From NCBI GenBank assembly GCA_029856155.1, contig JAHQWL010000070.1, forward strand, positions 61,368 to 125,367: a stretch of 64,000 nucleotides of DNA, in the 5' to 3' direction. Below the pieces are notes generated by a model. It worked only from the letters and a program-made list of their open reading frames with translations. It ran no database searches and had not been told where the DNA came from. Within the stretch, counting starts at the first letter, position 1, and each line of letters begins with the position of its first letter. Positions 51,702-62,610 of the stretch are shown here, piece by piece. Both the position numbers and the translations under genes were made by a program. The stretch is from Promethearchaeia archaeon. Lineage in GTDB: Archaea; Asgardarchaeota; Lokiarchaeia; Sigyniarchaeales; SOKP01.

Positions 51702-52307
51702 ATGTTTTTAGCTTTGACATCAACAGAGATAAAAATTTCTAGAAATCTCGAAAATGGAATTGAATTTTCTTGCCAAATGTGTGGTGAATGCTGTAGAGGT
51801 TTCAACGAAGGTGAAGTCTATTTATATCAAGAAGATATACTCAGATTAGCGGATTTTATAAATATTAAAGGAAAAACAGGTTTGAAAGATTTCGCGAAAA
51901 AATATCTTAAAATTGTAGATGACAGCTTTTACTGGAAAGAACCTGGGACAGAAGGAATTAAAAATTACCGCTTTAAAACCCTCGCTTTTAGATTTACTGG
52001 AGAAGATGAGCATTGTCATTTTTTAAAAGAAAATAAATGTAGTGTTCATCCAGCTCGACCATTCCAATGTAGATCATTTCCTTTTTGGCAAATGATGGTA
52101 TCTAGTAAAAAGAATTTTGACAATTATACTAAAAAATGCAAAGGGTTGCAAGTATTAAAAGGTAAATTTTATACAAAGGACGAAATTCTAAATTGGGCAA
52201 CAGAGGAATATGAAATAGAACAGAAATACTTTTTAGAAATGAAAAAGAATAATTTTAACATTATGAAAGTACATCCCTATTTATCTAAAGAAATGCTTCA
52301 GGAGTAA
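51702..52307 (+). CDS. YkgJ family Cys-cluster protein
   Basis: CQMCGECC, CHFL..NKCSVHPARPFQCRSFPFW. Confidence 0.9.
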   Translation: MFLALTSTEIKISRNLENGIEFSCQMCGECCRGFNEGEVYLYQEDILRLADFINIKGKTGLKDFAKKYLKIVDDSFYWKEPGTEGIKNYRFKTLAFRFTGEDEHCHFLKENKCSVHPARPFQCRSFPFWQMMVSSKKNFDNYTKKCKGLQVLKGKFYTKDEILNWATEEYEIEQKYFLEMKKNNFNIMKVHPYLSKEMLQE

Positions 52308-52315
52308 TAAGAAAT

Positions 52316-52711
52316 ATGCCAAATGGGCTAATATTCATGAAATATGATGAACGCAGCGGTATGGAGATTAAAGCAAAATATCCAGAAAAAAAATTTAAGA
52401 TTACTGACAAGACCTTAATGCAAATTTTAAATTTACATGAATTTAGTAAGCAAGCAGGAATTGTAAGCTTAACCTTAGATAATATAAATTTTGTGACTTA
52501 TTATTCCGGGGCAGATACAGATTATTTCTTCATATTGATGTTAAACATGCTTGAAAATCCTGAAGATTACGAAGAGATCTTAGAAGAAGTATCTCAGATC
52601 ATTTTAAAAAACTTAGAAAAGAAAAAATATTTGAAACTTCTTCCTTCACTCTTTCATAAAATTATTGATTATCCTAAAGCAAGCAAGGATAGTCTGGATG
52701 ATCAAGTCTAA
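52316..52711 (+). CDS. Stand-alone longin-like domain protein
   Basis: GLIFMKYDERSGMEIKAKYP first hairpin, then a helix, three strands and two helices; fold inferred. Confidence 0.6.
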   Translation: MPNGLIFMKYDERSGMEIKAKYPEKKFKITDKTLMQILNLHEFSKQAGIVSLTLDNINFVTYYSGADTDYFFILMLNMLENPEDYEEILEEVSQIILKNLEKKKYLKLLPSLFHKIIDYPKASKDSLDDQV

Positions 52712-52814
52712 TATTTATAAAAATTTCAAATCAGATCTCAATGATTTTATTCAAAACTAGTTCTATTAAATTGGTTTTGTAAAAATAAAAAAAAAGGAAA
52801 AGTTAAGATTTTAT

Positions 52815-53552
52815 TTAAAAGTCTAAGATTAATAAGACAAAAGCAATTAAAAGCAACCAGCCACTCCAACCTACTACTACTAGTGCTGTTCCAGTTATTC
52901 CCGTATATAAAAGTGACATCGCTGTTGCAGTTGGCCATACCCACATAAAAAATACAAAGCCAATGATTAACAAGACCCACCATGCATAGGGTATTTTAAT
53001 ATCAACCAAATCAAAAATGATTATGATTAGAACAATTGCTAAGATTAATCCAAAAACACCATTTAGGGCTACACTCGTAGCTACAGTACCACCAGCGCCT
53101 GTCACCTCAGCCATACCCATGAAAATTATAATACAATCATAAATTCCAAAAGCAGCACCTAGGAGTGCCATCATTTTAGATGCTTTCCATCCTCTCTTTT
53201 CTGCGAAGAGATCTATTAAAGCTGCCATTGTCACAATTGTTCCAGCCCACCATGAGTTAGTCACTGCAGGATAATCAGCATTAAAAAAGCCAAAAATTAT
53301 TGTAACTACACCAATGATAAGCAGAAGCCACCAAGTAAATGGAAGCTTGATTGGTATTAACTCCCAATAATTTAAGCCAAGAAAGATGATAATGGCAAAT
53401 ACAAGTTCTATTATTCCAAAAAGAGCATATAATTCTGTACCTGTACCGGCAGCGTAGAAATAGGTTATAGCATCAAAACCTAAATAAAGCATTCCTATAA
53501 AGGCAAGTAATTTTACTGCTGTGAGTTTTTCACCTTCACTCATATTTATCAC
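52815..53552 (-). CDS. Membrane protein with internal duplication
   Basis: IKLPFTWWLLLIIG and IKIPYAWWVLLIIG repeats; about 8 TM segments. Confidence 0.75.
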   Translation of the reverse strand: MINMSEGEKLTAVKLLAFIGMLYLGFDAITYFYAAGTGTELYALFGIIELVFAIIIFLGLNYWELIPIKLPFTWWLLLIIGVVTIIFGFFNADYPAVTNSWWAGTIVTMAALIDLFAEKRGWKASKMMALLGAAFGIYDCIIIFMGMAEVTGAGGTVATSVALNGVFGLILAIVLIIIIFDLVDIKIPYAWWVLLIIGFVFFMWVWPTATAMSLLYTGITGTALVVVGWSGWLLLIAFVLLILDF

Positions 53553-53881
53553 ATATTTTTTTTTTAAAATTTTTGATCCAAATTGGACTTAGGTTAAAAA
53601 TTATATTACTCAATTTAAAAGCTTTTACATACTTCTTATTATATGCTTAATAGCATTTTACTTCTATAAAGAAAAATTCAATGATATTTCATAATTAGTT
53701 TTATAGTCTGGAACTTCCGTTTATTACGAATTAGAATGTTTAAAGTAAATAAGATTGAGAATAAATATTCAATATCTATAAAATTATATATTTTATATTA
53801 ATCTCCTAATTTCTAAAAATAATCTTAAAAATTATTAGAAAATCAATTTTATATTAATTAAAGATTAATTAAGATTTCTAT

Positions 53882-56290
53882 ATGAGTGGTGGAATAAACT
53901 TGAAGATTGGACTATTTATTTGCGATTGTGGTAAAAATATTAGTGGTGTAATCGATAATGATAGACTAATTGAACATTTTGAGAAATACCCAGATTTATT
54001 TGTGTTTAGAGACCAATATTTATGTTCAGAATTAGGATTAAATAAAATTATTGATGAAATACAACAAAAAAAAGTCGATCGGGTTGTTATTGCTGCTTGT
54101 TCGTTTAAATTACATGGTTTATTATTTCGCAAGACTATCGAAAAAGCTGGAATTAACCGATTTTTAATATCATTTGCTAACGTGCGAGAACAGAATTCAT
54201 GGGTTCATTATGATGAGCCAGAAAAAGCAACAAGAAAAGCAATCGATCAAATAAAAATGGCGATAGAACGAGTTAAACTTTTAGAACCGTTAGAAGTTCA
54301 ATACTCAAATGTAACACCTTCAAGTTTAATTATCGGAGGAGGAATTGCCGGAATAAAAGCTGCATTGGCAATTGCGGATACAGGAATTAATGTATATTTA
54401 GTTGAAAAAGAACCTACAATTGGAGGGCATATGGCACTGTTCGATAAAACATTCCCTACTTTAGATTGTAGCATTTGTATTTTAGGGCCATTGATGACTG
54501 AGGTTAAGGATCATCCTAATATTAAATTACTTACTTACTCTACGGTAGAAAGTGTTGATGGGTATATTGGAAATTTTGAAGTAAAAATAAAGAAAAACCC
54601 TCGATTTATAAAAGAAGATGATTGTGTAGGATGCATTGATATCTGCCGAGAAGTGTGCCCAATAGACATAGAAGAAACTTTTTTTCCAAGAAAAGCTATA
54701 GATGTTCCTTATCCTCAAGCAATCCCCTTATTCCCAAATATTTTAGAAGAATATTGTATTGGTTGTAAAGCCTGTGCTCAAGCTTGCGATAGAGATGCCA
54801 TCGATTTCGATCAAACTCCTGAATTCCTAAATATTACTGTAGGTTCAATCATAGTCGCAACTGGGTTGAAGCCATTTGATCCGTCTGTTTTAGGAGAACT
54901 TAATTATGAGAAATATCCAGATGTAATAACTTCAATGCAAATGGAACGGTTACTTAATAACGATGGTCCAACTCATGGAAAAGTGGTTAAACCCTCAAAT
55001 GGACAAATTCCTAAAAAGGTTTCTTTTGTATTATGCGTGGGGTCTCGAAATAAAAAAATCCATCATGATTATTGCAGTCAAGTATGTTGTAATGTGGCAA
55101 TTAAGCACGCTATTCTCTTAAAAAAGGAGAACCCTGATATTAGAATTAATATTTATTATACTGATATTAGGGCTGTTGGTAAAAATTGTGAAGAGTTTTA
55201 CAATCGGGCAAGAGAAACTTTTGGAGTACGTTTCATAAAAAGTAATATTTCCGCGATTTTAAAAAGTGATACTTCAGATGACCTAATAGTACGTGGTGAA
55301 GATATAGTTGAAGGATCTGTTTTCGAAAATAAAACAGATTTAGTAGTGTTAGCTGTTGGCTTAGAACCTGCAGAAGGAACAGATGAGTTAAGTAAAATAT
55401 TAAATATTTCCCAAGATCCTTATGGTTTTTTATTAGAGAAACATTTAAAAGTTAAACCCTCAGAAACTCTTGTAAATGGTATTTACCTAGCCGGAGCAAT
55501 CCAAGGACCTAAAGATATACCTAATAGTATCGCTCAAGCAGAAAGTGCAGCCTCTAAAGCGATAGGTTTAATTATGCGTGGTAAAGTAGAGTTAGAACCT
55601 CATATCGTTTATCTTAATAAAGAAAAATGTGATTTATGTAGACTCTGTGAAAATATATGTGAGTATAATGCTTTAAAAGTCGAAAATAATCAATTAAAGA
55701 TTACTCAAGCTAATTGTTCTGGATGTGGAGCTTGTGTAGCTATGTGTCCGTATGATGCACTCTATATTCCAGGTTTTCAAAGAACACAAATTTCAGCACA
55801 ATTAAAATCAGTTCTTAGTGAAAAAAAAGAATTTCCGTTAATTATTTCATTTTTATGCAACTGGTGTTCTTATATAGGAGCAGATCTTGCGGGAACGAGT
55901 AAAATACTTTATCCTACAAATAGTAGAACTATTCATGTCATGTGTACAGCAATGCTCAATCCATCATTAATTTTCGAGAGCTTCTTTTATGGCGCAGATG
56001 GAGTACTAATTGCGGGGTGTCATCCCCAAGATTGTCATTACGATACGGGATTTATTAAAACTAAGAATAGATATAAGAGTATTAAAGAAATGTTGGCTGA
56101 AGCAAATATAAATAAAAATCGTGTTAAAATTGTAAGTATCTCAGCTGGAGAAGGGGAGAAATTTGCTAATGTAATAGAGGAATTTAAGGCTGAGTTAGAA
56201 AAAATTGGTCCAATTCATCCCGGTGAATATTTAAAACCTTCTAAGGCAAATAAACAAGTAAAAGATAAAGCTAAGCTTGATGAAATTTAA
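53882..56290 (+). CDS. hdrA: Heterodisulfide reductase subunit A fused to MvhD
   Basis: ICDCG, AACS, IGGGIAG, KTFPTLDCSICI, CVGSR..CSQVCC, GPKDIP; C-terminal FLCNWCSYIGADLAG..GCHPQDCHY (MvhD). Confidence 0.95.
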   Translation: MSGGINLKIGLFICDCGKNISGVIDNDRLIEHFEKYPDLFVFRDQYLCSELGLNKIIDEIQQKKVDRVVIAACSFKLHGLLFRKTIEKAGINRFLISFANVREQNSWVHYDEPEKATRKAIDQIKMAIERVKLLEPLEVQYSNVTPSSLIIGGGIAGIKAALAIADTGINVYLVEKEPTIGGHMALFDKTFPTLDCSICILGPLMTEVKDHPNIKLLTYSTVESVDGYIGNFEVKIKKNPRFIKEDDCVGCIDICREVCPIDIEETFFPRKAIDVPYPQAIPLFPNILEEYCIGCKACAQACDRDAIDFDQTPEFLNITVGSIIVATGLKPFDPSVLGELNYEKYPDVITSMQMERLLNNDGPTHGKVVKPSNGQIPKKVSFVLCVGSRNKKIHHDYCSQVCCNVAIKHAILLKKENPDIRINIYYTDIRAVGKNCEEFYNRARETFGVRFIKSNISAILKSDTSDDLIVRGEDIVEGSVFENKTDLVVLAVGLEPAEGTDELSKILNISQDPYGFLLEKHLKVKPSETLVNGIYLAGAIQGPKDIPNSIAQAESAASKAIGLIMRGKVELEPHIVYLNKEKCDLCRLCENICEYNALKVENNQLKITQANCSGCGACVAMCPYDALYIPGFQRTQISAQLKSVLSEKKEFPLIISFLCNWCSYIGADLAGTSKILYPTNSRTIHVMCTAMLNPSLIFESFFYGADGVLIAGCHPQDCHYDTGFIKTKNRYKSIKEMLAEANINKNRVKIVSISAGEGEKFANVIEEFKAELEKIGPIHPGEYLKPSKANKQVKDKAKLDEI

Positions 56291-56448
56291 AAAACATTTC
56301 TAACATGATAGAATTAGTTATCAATTTCCTTAAGAATAAATGTTAATTTTTTATTACTAGCTCTCTTATAATCTTTATTAACAGATCTTTTTTATTATAT
56401 TATAGATTGCGATTTTTAATTTTGAAAATGTAATATAACGGGTTAAAT

Positions 56449-57735
56449 ATGAGAATTCGTGCAATAACCTTAGGTCAAATCGTCCCTTTCTTATATAAGA
56501 ATGAATCAATATTGTCATTTTTACAAGATAGACTTGTTAACTTTTCCTCTTTTGCTAATGAACTTAAGAGTATGCTAAAAGAAATTGATATAGAAGTTGA
56601 AACAAAACGCTTCTGCTCACAACCACTCTTTAGTTATGATAATAAATTATTTTATGAAAAAAACTTAAAAGAGACGTTAATAGACATCAATAACCAAGTA
56701 GGATTCTTGCAAGATCTATTTAATGATTACGGATTTGATTATTTTGCTTGCTGTATGATGATAGCAGACCAAATTGAGGAATTAGGAATTTTTGAGAAGC
56801 TTTTATTGAATGAAGTTCCTCAATTTATTAAAAATCATAGAAAATTTTTTACATCTTTACCAGCGGCATCCACTCAAAAAGGAATTAATATCGCTGCTTT
56901 AAAGTCGGGTGCCAAAATTATAAAAGAATTATCTGAACCTGATCCTTTTAACAACTTACAATTTTGTGTCTCTGCTAATGTTGGCCCTAATGTTCCTTTT
57001 TTTCCTGCTGCTTACCATTTTTCAGAAAAACCCGCATTTTCCTTAGCTTTAGAAATGGCAGATGAAGTAATAAACGTTTTTGAAGAATCAAGCACATTAA
57101 AAGAAGCTCAACTTAACTTATTAGCAAGATTTAACGAAATATACGATAATTTGACAAAAATTGCTGAAAAAGTGAGTAGAAACTATAATATTGAATTTAA
57201 AGGAATCGATTTCTCTCCTGCTCCTTATCCTATGATTGATAAGAGCATTGGAACTGCTATAGAAAAATTAGGGATTGAGTATTTTGGAGCTAATGGAACG
57301 TTAACTGGAGTGGCTTTAATTAAGAATTCTATACCCATTGATAAAGAAAAAGTAATAGGTTTTTCTGGGTTCATGCAACCAGTTTTAGAAGATTTCATTA
57401 TATCAAAAAGATTATCTGAAAACAAATTTAATTTAGATTCGCTCTTACTATATTCTACTATGTGTGGAGCGGGTCTTGATGTGGTCCCACTCCCAGGAGA
57501 TATAACAGAACGCGAATTATTTTACATTTTACTCGATATTTGTACGATATCTGTGACATTAAATAAACCTTTAACTTGTAGACTTATGCCAATTCCGGGT
57601 AAAAGTTCTGGTGATGATGTTGAGTTTGATTTTGAATATTTTGCCCCTTCAAAAATAATTGATTTCAGAAGATTAGTTAGTGAGAATAAAAATGATTTAT
57701 TCAATCGAAATGAGAAAAATTTAAAATTTCTTTAA
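56449..57735 (+). CDS. DUF711 family protein
   Basis: MRIRAIT, PFFPAAYH, GIDFSPAP, GFSGFMQPVLED, CGAGLDVVPLPGD, KPLTCRLMP. Confidence 0.88.
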   Translation: MRIRAITLGQIVPFLYKNESILSFLQDRLVNFSSFANELKSMLKEIDIEVETKRFCSQPLFSYDNKLFYEKNLKETLIDINNQVGFLQDLFNDYGFDYFACCMMIADQIEELGIFEKLLLNEVPQFIKNHRKFFTSLPAASTQKGINIAALKSGAKIIKELSEPDPFNNLQFCVSANVGPNVPFFPAAYHFSEKPAFSLALEMADEVINVFEESSTLKEAQLNLLARFNEIYDNLTKIAEKVSRNYNIEFKGIDFSPAPYPMIDKSIGTAIEKLGIEYFGANGTLTGVALIKNSIPIDKEKVIGFSGFMQPVLEDFIISKRLSENKFNLDSLLLYSTMCGAGLDVVPLPGDITERELFYILLDICTISVTLNKPLTCRLMPIPGKSSGDDVEFDFEYFAPSKIIDFRRLVSENKNDLFNRNEKNLKFL

Positions 57736-57769
57736 TAAAATTTTTTAGAGAGAGTATCTAGTTATCTTT

Positions 57770-58261
57770 TTGAAATACCTCAAAAATTATACTTGTATTA
57801 TTTTTATGAGTGAAAAGAAAAAAAAAAGACCATTGCGATTTTTTAATGAAGCTGTCGAATATATTGAGAAATTCGATACACAAGGAATCTTAATCGAAGA
57901 GAGTAGAGTTCCTTTAGAAATTAGAAATTATAACTCAAATTTTTTAAGAGATGAAATGATAAATGAATTAAATAATCTGAGAGATCTCATTCGAAATAAT
58001 CCAGATTTAAAAATTGAGAAATTAACAAAAGAAGAACGGGATATTTTTTATAAATTCATTTCATTTGCAAGAATCTGCCCTCTTTGTGGAAATGAAAACC
58101 ACTTCTTCAATTTAAAACGATTATTTTTTGATGAAGAAAAGAAAATTTTAGTAAAAGAATTGTTAAGATTAATGACATTAAATAGCAGAAAATTAAAAAA
58201 TTTTAACCTACAGCTAGGTATCCCTTGCTGTAATTGTTACAAGAACTTCTTTGAGGAATAA
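57770..58261 (+). CDS. Hypothetical Zn-binding protein
   Basis: CPLCG...GIPCCNC. Confidence 0.65.
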   Translation: MKYLKNYTCIIFMSEKKKKRPLRFFNEAVEYIEKFDTQGILIEESRVPLEIRNYNSNFLRDEMINELNNLRDLIRNNPDLKIEKLTKEERDIFYKFISFARICPLCGNENHFFNLKRLFFDEEKKILVKELLRLMTLNSRKLKNFNLQLGIPCCNCYKNFFEE

Positions 58262-58277
58262 TTAGAAATTATTATTT

Positions 58278-58616
58278 TTATTCCAAATATTCTACTACTT
58301 TACCACTTTGGGTAATTTCATAAACAATCTCATCTATTTTTTCGTCCTTTATAGATTGGATGCAAAAAGCTTTAATTAAAAAGTCCATATTATAATTAAA
58401 CATATGCTCATCTTCGAGAATTTTACGTACAATTAACAATTGCAACAAAGTGCTTTTTGGAACTTGTTTTAAATCGTTAACTATATTTAGAATTTCTCGA
58501 CGAATAGGATTATTCACGGCTCTTAGATACAGATCATGCAAATATTTGGTTCCTTCAAGTGATTTGCTGAATTCTTCCATCGTTTTATAATTCTTGAAAT
58601 CGAACTCATCAGGCAT
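58278..58616 (-). CDS. Winged-helix (ArsR-like) protein
   Basis: AVNNPIRREIL...YEITQSG. Confidence 0.7.
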   Translation of the reverse strand: MPDEFDFKNYKTMEEFSKSLEGTKYLHDLYLRAVNNPIRREILNIVNDLKQVPKSTLLQLLIVRKILEDEHMFNYNMDFLIKAFCIQSIKDEKIDEIVYEITQSGKVVEYLE

Positions 58617-58756
58617 ATTTTAGTAAAACAATCATGAAAGAAAAATCTTTTGTCTATCATAATAAAACTAATTACACGTTGAAATATAAAGGGGCTTTAA
58701 ATATTTAGATTTAAAGTAAGTAATTGAAAATAATACTATTAGAAAAGTGAAAAATT

Positions 58757-59041
58757 TTGGAAAAAATTAAAATATCTCATAGTCCTAAAATAGAATCTGT
58801 TAATAAAAAAGAGAAAGTTGGGAGTAAAATTGATAGTTTATGGGATCCAAATTCCATATATGATAAAAAATCTAAGTATGAATCTAAAAAATTGATAATA
58901 AAACTTGAAACTAATGGAAAGGAGAAACGAAAGATATTACTAAAACTTGAAAGTGGGAGCCCTAAAGTTCACTCAAGTAATTATAATCTTATTTCAGAAT
59001 TATTGAAAGAATTTTTTAACAGTACAAACAATTTTGAATAG
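58757..59041 (+). CDS. Hypothetical protein
   Basis: 94 aa ORF with TTG start after a GTGA motif; no recognisable motif. Confidence 0.4.
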   Translation: MEKIKISHSPKIESVNKKEKVGSKIDSLWDPNSIYDKKSKYESKKLIIKLETNGKEKRKILLKLESGSPKVHSSNYNLISELLKEFFNSTNNFE

Positions 59042-59165
59042 AGAATTAAAAGTTTTTTTCCAAATTCTTCCCTTCAAATGCTTTTTTTTGGTTGAGATTA
59101 AAAGTAAAGTATTTTATTGTAGGTCTCCTATTTCTTCATTAATTTTAATCTAAAGTAAAATTAAT

Positions 59166-60236
59166 GTGGAAAAAATGAATTTTGAAGAAATTAAAAATTT
59201 ATTAGGTTCTGATGCAGATACCTTACTGAATCATATATGTACTGGAATTCCTAAAGATAAGATTCATCCTCCTGGACCTGATTTTGTAGAACGAGTTTTT
59301 GAACATTCAGATAGAAATAATCTTGTATTGAATAATATGGAACGGTTTTATAGTCAGATTGGTAGATTATCAGGAACTGGTTATCTCTCAGTATTACCCG
59401 TTGATCAAGGAATTGAACATTCTGCTTCAGCTAGTTTTGCGATGAATCCGTCATATTTTGATCCTGAAAATATTATAAAACTAGCGATAAACGGAGGTTG
59501 TAGTGCCGTTGCTTCTACTCTTGGTGTTTTAGGCTCTGTAGCAAGAAGATATGCTCATAAAATTCCATTTATTGTGAAAATCAATCACAATGAATTACTC
59601 ACAAAACCAGCACTTTCGGATCAAACTCTTTTTGCAAATGTAGAACAAGCATTTGATATGGGCGCAGCTGCAGTAGGAGCAACAATATACTTCGGTTCTT
59701 ATGAATCTAGGCGCCAGATTCAAGAGATTAGTGAAGCTTTTAGATTTGCTCATGATTTAGGATTAGTCTGCGTGCTTTGGTGTTATTTAAGAAATCAAGA
59801 AGAGTTTATTAAAGATGGAAAAGATTATCATACGGCAAATGATTTGGAAAGCCAAGCAAATTATCTCGGGGTTACTATTGAAGCTGATATTATAAAGCAA
59901 AAATTATCTACTCTTAGCAGAGGATTCCTTGATTTAAACTTTGGGAAAACTGATAAACTAGTTTATGAAAAACTGGCTCCAGATAATCCAATCGATTGGA
60001 ATAGATACCAAGTCGCAAATTGCTATATGGGAAGAATAGGATTGATAAATTCTGGCGGAGAGGCTGGTGGTAATGATCTTCAAGATGCTGTCACTGCTGC
60101 TGTTATTAATAAACGTTCAGGAGGTATGGGCTTAATTTTAGGACGGAAAGCATTTAAAAAACCAACTCCTGAAGGTATTAAAATTCTTAATGCCGTACAA
60201 GATGTTTATTTATGTCAAGATATTACTATTGCTTAA
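59166..60236 (+). CDS. fbaB: Class I fructose-bisphosphate aldolase (DhnA/FbaB type)
   Basis: [49 protein letters not shown]. Confidence 0.93.
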   Translation: MEKMNFEEIKNLLGSDADTLLNHICTGIPKDKIHPPGPDFVERVFEHSDRNNLVLNNMERFYSQIGRLSGTGYLSVLPVDQGIEHSASASFAMNPSYFDPENIIKLAINGGCSAVASTLGVLGSVARRYAHKIPFIVKINHNELLTKPALSDQTLFANVEQAFDMGAAAVGATIYFGSYESRRQIQEISEAFRFAHDLGLVCVLWCYLRNQEEFIKDGKDYHTANDLESQANYLGVTIEADIIKQKLSTLSRGFLDLNFGKTDKLVYEKLAPDNPIDWNRYQVANCYMGRIGLINSGGEAGGNDLQDAVTAAVINKRSGGMGLILGRKAFKKPTPEGIKILNAVQDVYLCQDITIA

Positions 60237-60342
60237 AATTTTTTTTATCTCTCTTTTTTTTAATTAACTTTTAATTAAATTAAAATTAAAAATAAAAACA
60301 ACATTATTCATAATAACCAATTAATTTTTTCTTAAGATAACA

Positions 60343-60939
60343 ATGGGAAAAGAGAGGAATTTTAGACCAGATCCGAATTATAATCCCTATAGAGTTAAAC
60401 AAACACCTACAGCCCCCAAAACATCTGTTATTGATTTCAATACCCAGAGAATTTGTCCCGCTTGTGGATTAGCCATAAAAATAGCCCATAATTTTTGTAA
60501 GCGTTGTGGCGTCGATCTAAGCGCAATAGAACCAATTGGCAATGACGAAATTTCAAAACAACTAGCAATAACTGCTATTACTGATTCCGATCCAGAAGTA
60601 AGAAAAGAAGCAGTTGATACTCTAGGAGATTTTGGTGATGAAAAAGTGTTAGGAGTTCTTACTTATGTTTTATTAAACGATCCAGATGAAAATGTAAGAA
60701 AGGAAGCTGCAGATGAACTTGGAGACCTACACCATCCATATAGTTTAGACATATTCACAAAAGCACTAAAAGATGAGAGTCCATTAGTCAGGAAGGAAGC
60801 TATAGAAGGATTAAAGAAGATTAAAAAGAAGATCAAGCCAAAGAAGTTAGATGAAGGAAAACCAGAGAGTAGGGAAGATAAAGAAGATGAACTTAAACCA
60901 GAAGAAACCACAGAAGAACGTAATACTGATAGTTTATAA
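60343..60939 (+). CDS. Zinc-ribbon plus HEAT (PBS-lyase-like) repeat protein
   Basis: CPACG..FCKRCG; three VRKEA repeats. Confidence 0.85.
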   Translation: MGKERNFRPDPNYNPYRVKQTPTAPKTSVIDFNTQRICPACGLAIKIAHNFCKRCGVDLSAIEPIGNDEISKQLAITAITDSDPEVRKEAVDTLGDFGDEKVLGVLTYVLLNDPDENVRKEAADELGDLHHPYSLDIFTKALKDESPLVRKEAIEGLKKIKKKIKPKKLDEGKPESREDKEDELKPEETTEERNTDSL

Positions 60940-60983
60940 AAAATGTTTTCTTTTTAAAAATTCTTTTATTTGAAAGTATAGAT

Positions 60984-61172
60984 TTATTCGGTTTTTTTTT
61001 TAACAAGAAATCCTAATGCAAAAATAATCAATCCAATGACAATCGTAATTGGTCCTACAATAGTAATAAATGCGAGCGAGGGCATAAAACCCATTAATTG
61101 TATTACAAATACAATTAACGCTCCTAAAAAAAGTGTTAAACCTATTCTACTAATAGAGCTTACATCAGTCAA
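60984..61172 (-). CDS. Small two-TM membrane protein
   Basis: GGTGA motif plus TTG start; two hydrophobic helices and a basic tail. Confidence 0.65.
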   Translation of the reverse strand: MTDVSSISRIGLTLFLGALIVFVIQLMGFMPSLAFITIVGPITIVIGLIIFALGFLVKKKTE

Positions 61173-61273
61173 TTAAATTCACCTTTTTATTAATTTTTGT
61201 TTTGGTGATCCTAGTAATTTTAATTTTTATATAAAATTAACGCTCCTACATTATCTAGAAATAAGATTAGATT

Positions 61274-62410
61274 TTAATCATCCTTACTTGGAATTTTCGG
61301 TAATTGTCTTCGACCACTTGGGTTTTCCTCTCGGGACTTCTCTAAAATTTCAACTATTTCCCCCTTCTTTGCATTTGTAGGTAAATCAATTTCTTTTTCT
61401 TCGGCATAAGCTTTAAGATCTTTTACAGTCATAGAATTAAAATCGATTATCTCTTTAGCATTTATAGCTTTCTTCATTGTGTCAGGTTTAGTTGGCATTG
61501 GAGACAATCCCGAAGGAGATGTCTTTTTTGGAGTGCTATTTGATTTTTCTTCCTTTTCTAATACTTCAATAGCTTCAACAATTCCTTTTTTTTCGTCAAA
61601 ATAAACTCTTAACACGTGATTATCTAATTCTATCATTTCTTTTGGGACATTTTTAACTGGTTCCCAGTCAGTTTCTTCAACATCTTTTCCGAATACTTTA
61701 GCAATTTTTGAAACCGCAGCATAGAGTGTATGACCCAAAATGAGATTTGTTCTTTTATAACCGTCAGATACATCAGTTTTGAGAATTTTATTTTTTATGG
61801 TTTGTGCTTCTTCTCTAGATAATCCTATTGAATTAGAAATTCTTGATGGTTTTACCATTTCTGATTTTGGATATTGCGTCCTTGGTTTTGGTTTTGAAGC
61901 ACTTGGAGCGAAAGATGAAACTATTACCTCATTACTCGTATCTTGTAGTGCGGGTGAGAAATATTCCTCTTCTATCGGCACCTTAGTTGCTTTAGGAGCA
62001 ACATCCGTAATAGTTGCTTGTTCCATTCTCTCCCGTTCAACATTTCGGACATATCGCATATCGGCTAATCGTTCAGTTACTTCCATCGATTCTAATTTGA
62101 ATGTATTTAAGAATTCTGAAGGTTCATCTCCTGCATCTACAGAAACAATTTTACAGCGGTGATATCTAGAGTCTTTCATTAACTCTTCTTGAAGAGTTGA
62201 AGCTACTCTTGAACTAATAAATCTTTTTCGAACAGGTGATTTTGGACCTTTCCAAATGAAGATCCTTCGTAAATCTTCTCTAATTATAACTAGAACTTGT
62301 TCTGGATGCATATTTTCCTGAAGATGCTCTTCAGTTATGTCTAATTTTATTCGTTCTCCAGAATCGTCCAATTCATATACCATAAAATTCTCATATTCAG
62401 TCATTTTCAT
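61274..62410 (-). CDS. Gelsolin-like domain protein with C-terminal HeH/Rho-N-like domain
   Basis: RIFIWKGPKSPVRKRF...VDAGDEPSEF (gelsolin repeat); MTVKDLKAYAEEKEIDLPTNAKKGEIVEIL (HeH/SAP-like). Confidence 0.8.
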   Translation of the reverse strand: MKMTEYENFMVYELDDSGERIKLDITEEHLQENMHPEQVLVIIREDLRRIFIWKGPKSPVRKRFISSRVASTLQEELMKDSRYHRCKIVSVDAGDEPSEFLNTFKLESMEVTERLADMRYVRNVERERMEQATITDVAPKATKVPIEEEYFSPALQDTSNEVIVSSFAPSASKPKPRTQYPKSEMVKPSRISNSIGLSREEAQTIKNKILKTDVSDGYKRTNLILGHTLYAAVSKIAKVFGKDVEETDWEPVKNVPKEMIELDNHVLRVYFDEKKGIVEAIEVLEKEEKSNSTPKKTSPSGLSPMPTKPDTMKKAINAKEIIDFNSMTVKDLKAYAEEKEIDLPTNAKKGEIVEILEKSREENPSGRRQLPKIPSKDD

Positions 62411-62610
62411 TCAACAGGAATAATAATCTGTGGTATTTCAATTTTTATGATAGTAATTAAAAATTTTGTATTATAATTTGAAATTTCTTTTCAAACTTAA
62501 TTGTTTTAAAAAAAATATAAATTAAATTATTTTAAATCTTCTTTTTTAAAAAAACTGAGAGAACCTTTTTTAATTGTATATTAAAAATGAAAAAAAAAAC
62601 AAAGATTTTA

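Noticed and set aside
53882-56290. Selenocysteine in HdrA/MvhD, and a SECIS role for the structured repeats
   Set aside because: The ORF has no internal TGA, the usual Sec positions (DCSICI, GCHPQDCHY) are Cys, and the repeats are not next to a TGA-interrupted gene
2490-62162. Many 60-127 aa track ORFs overlapping longer genes (e.g. 2490-2687, 6418-6744, 9515-9847, 14734-15036, 41051-41368, 61779-62162)
   Set aside because: Antisense or alternate-frame shadows of well-supported genes, with no motifs
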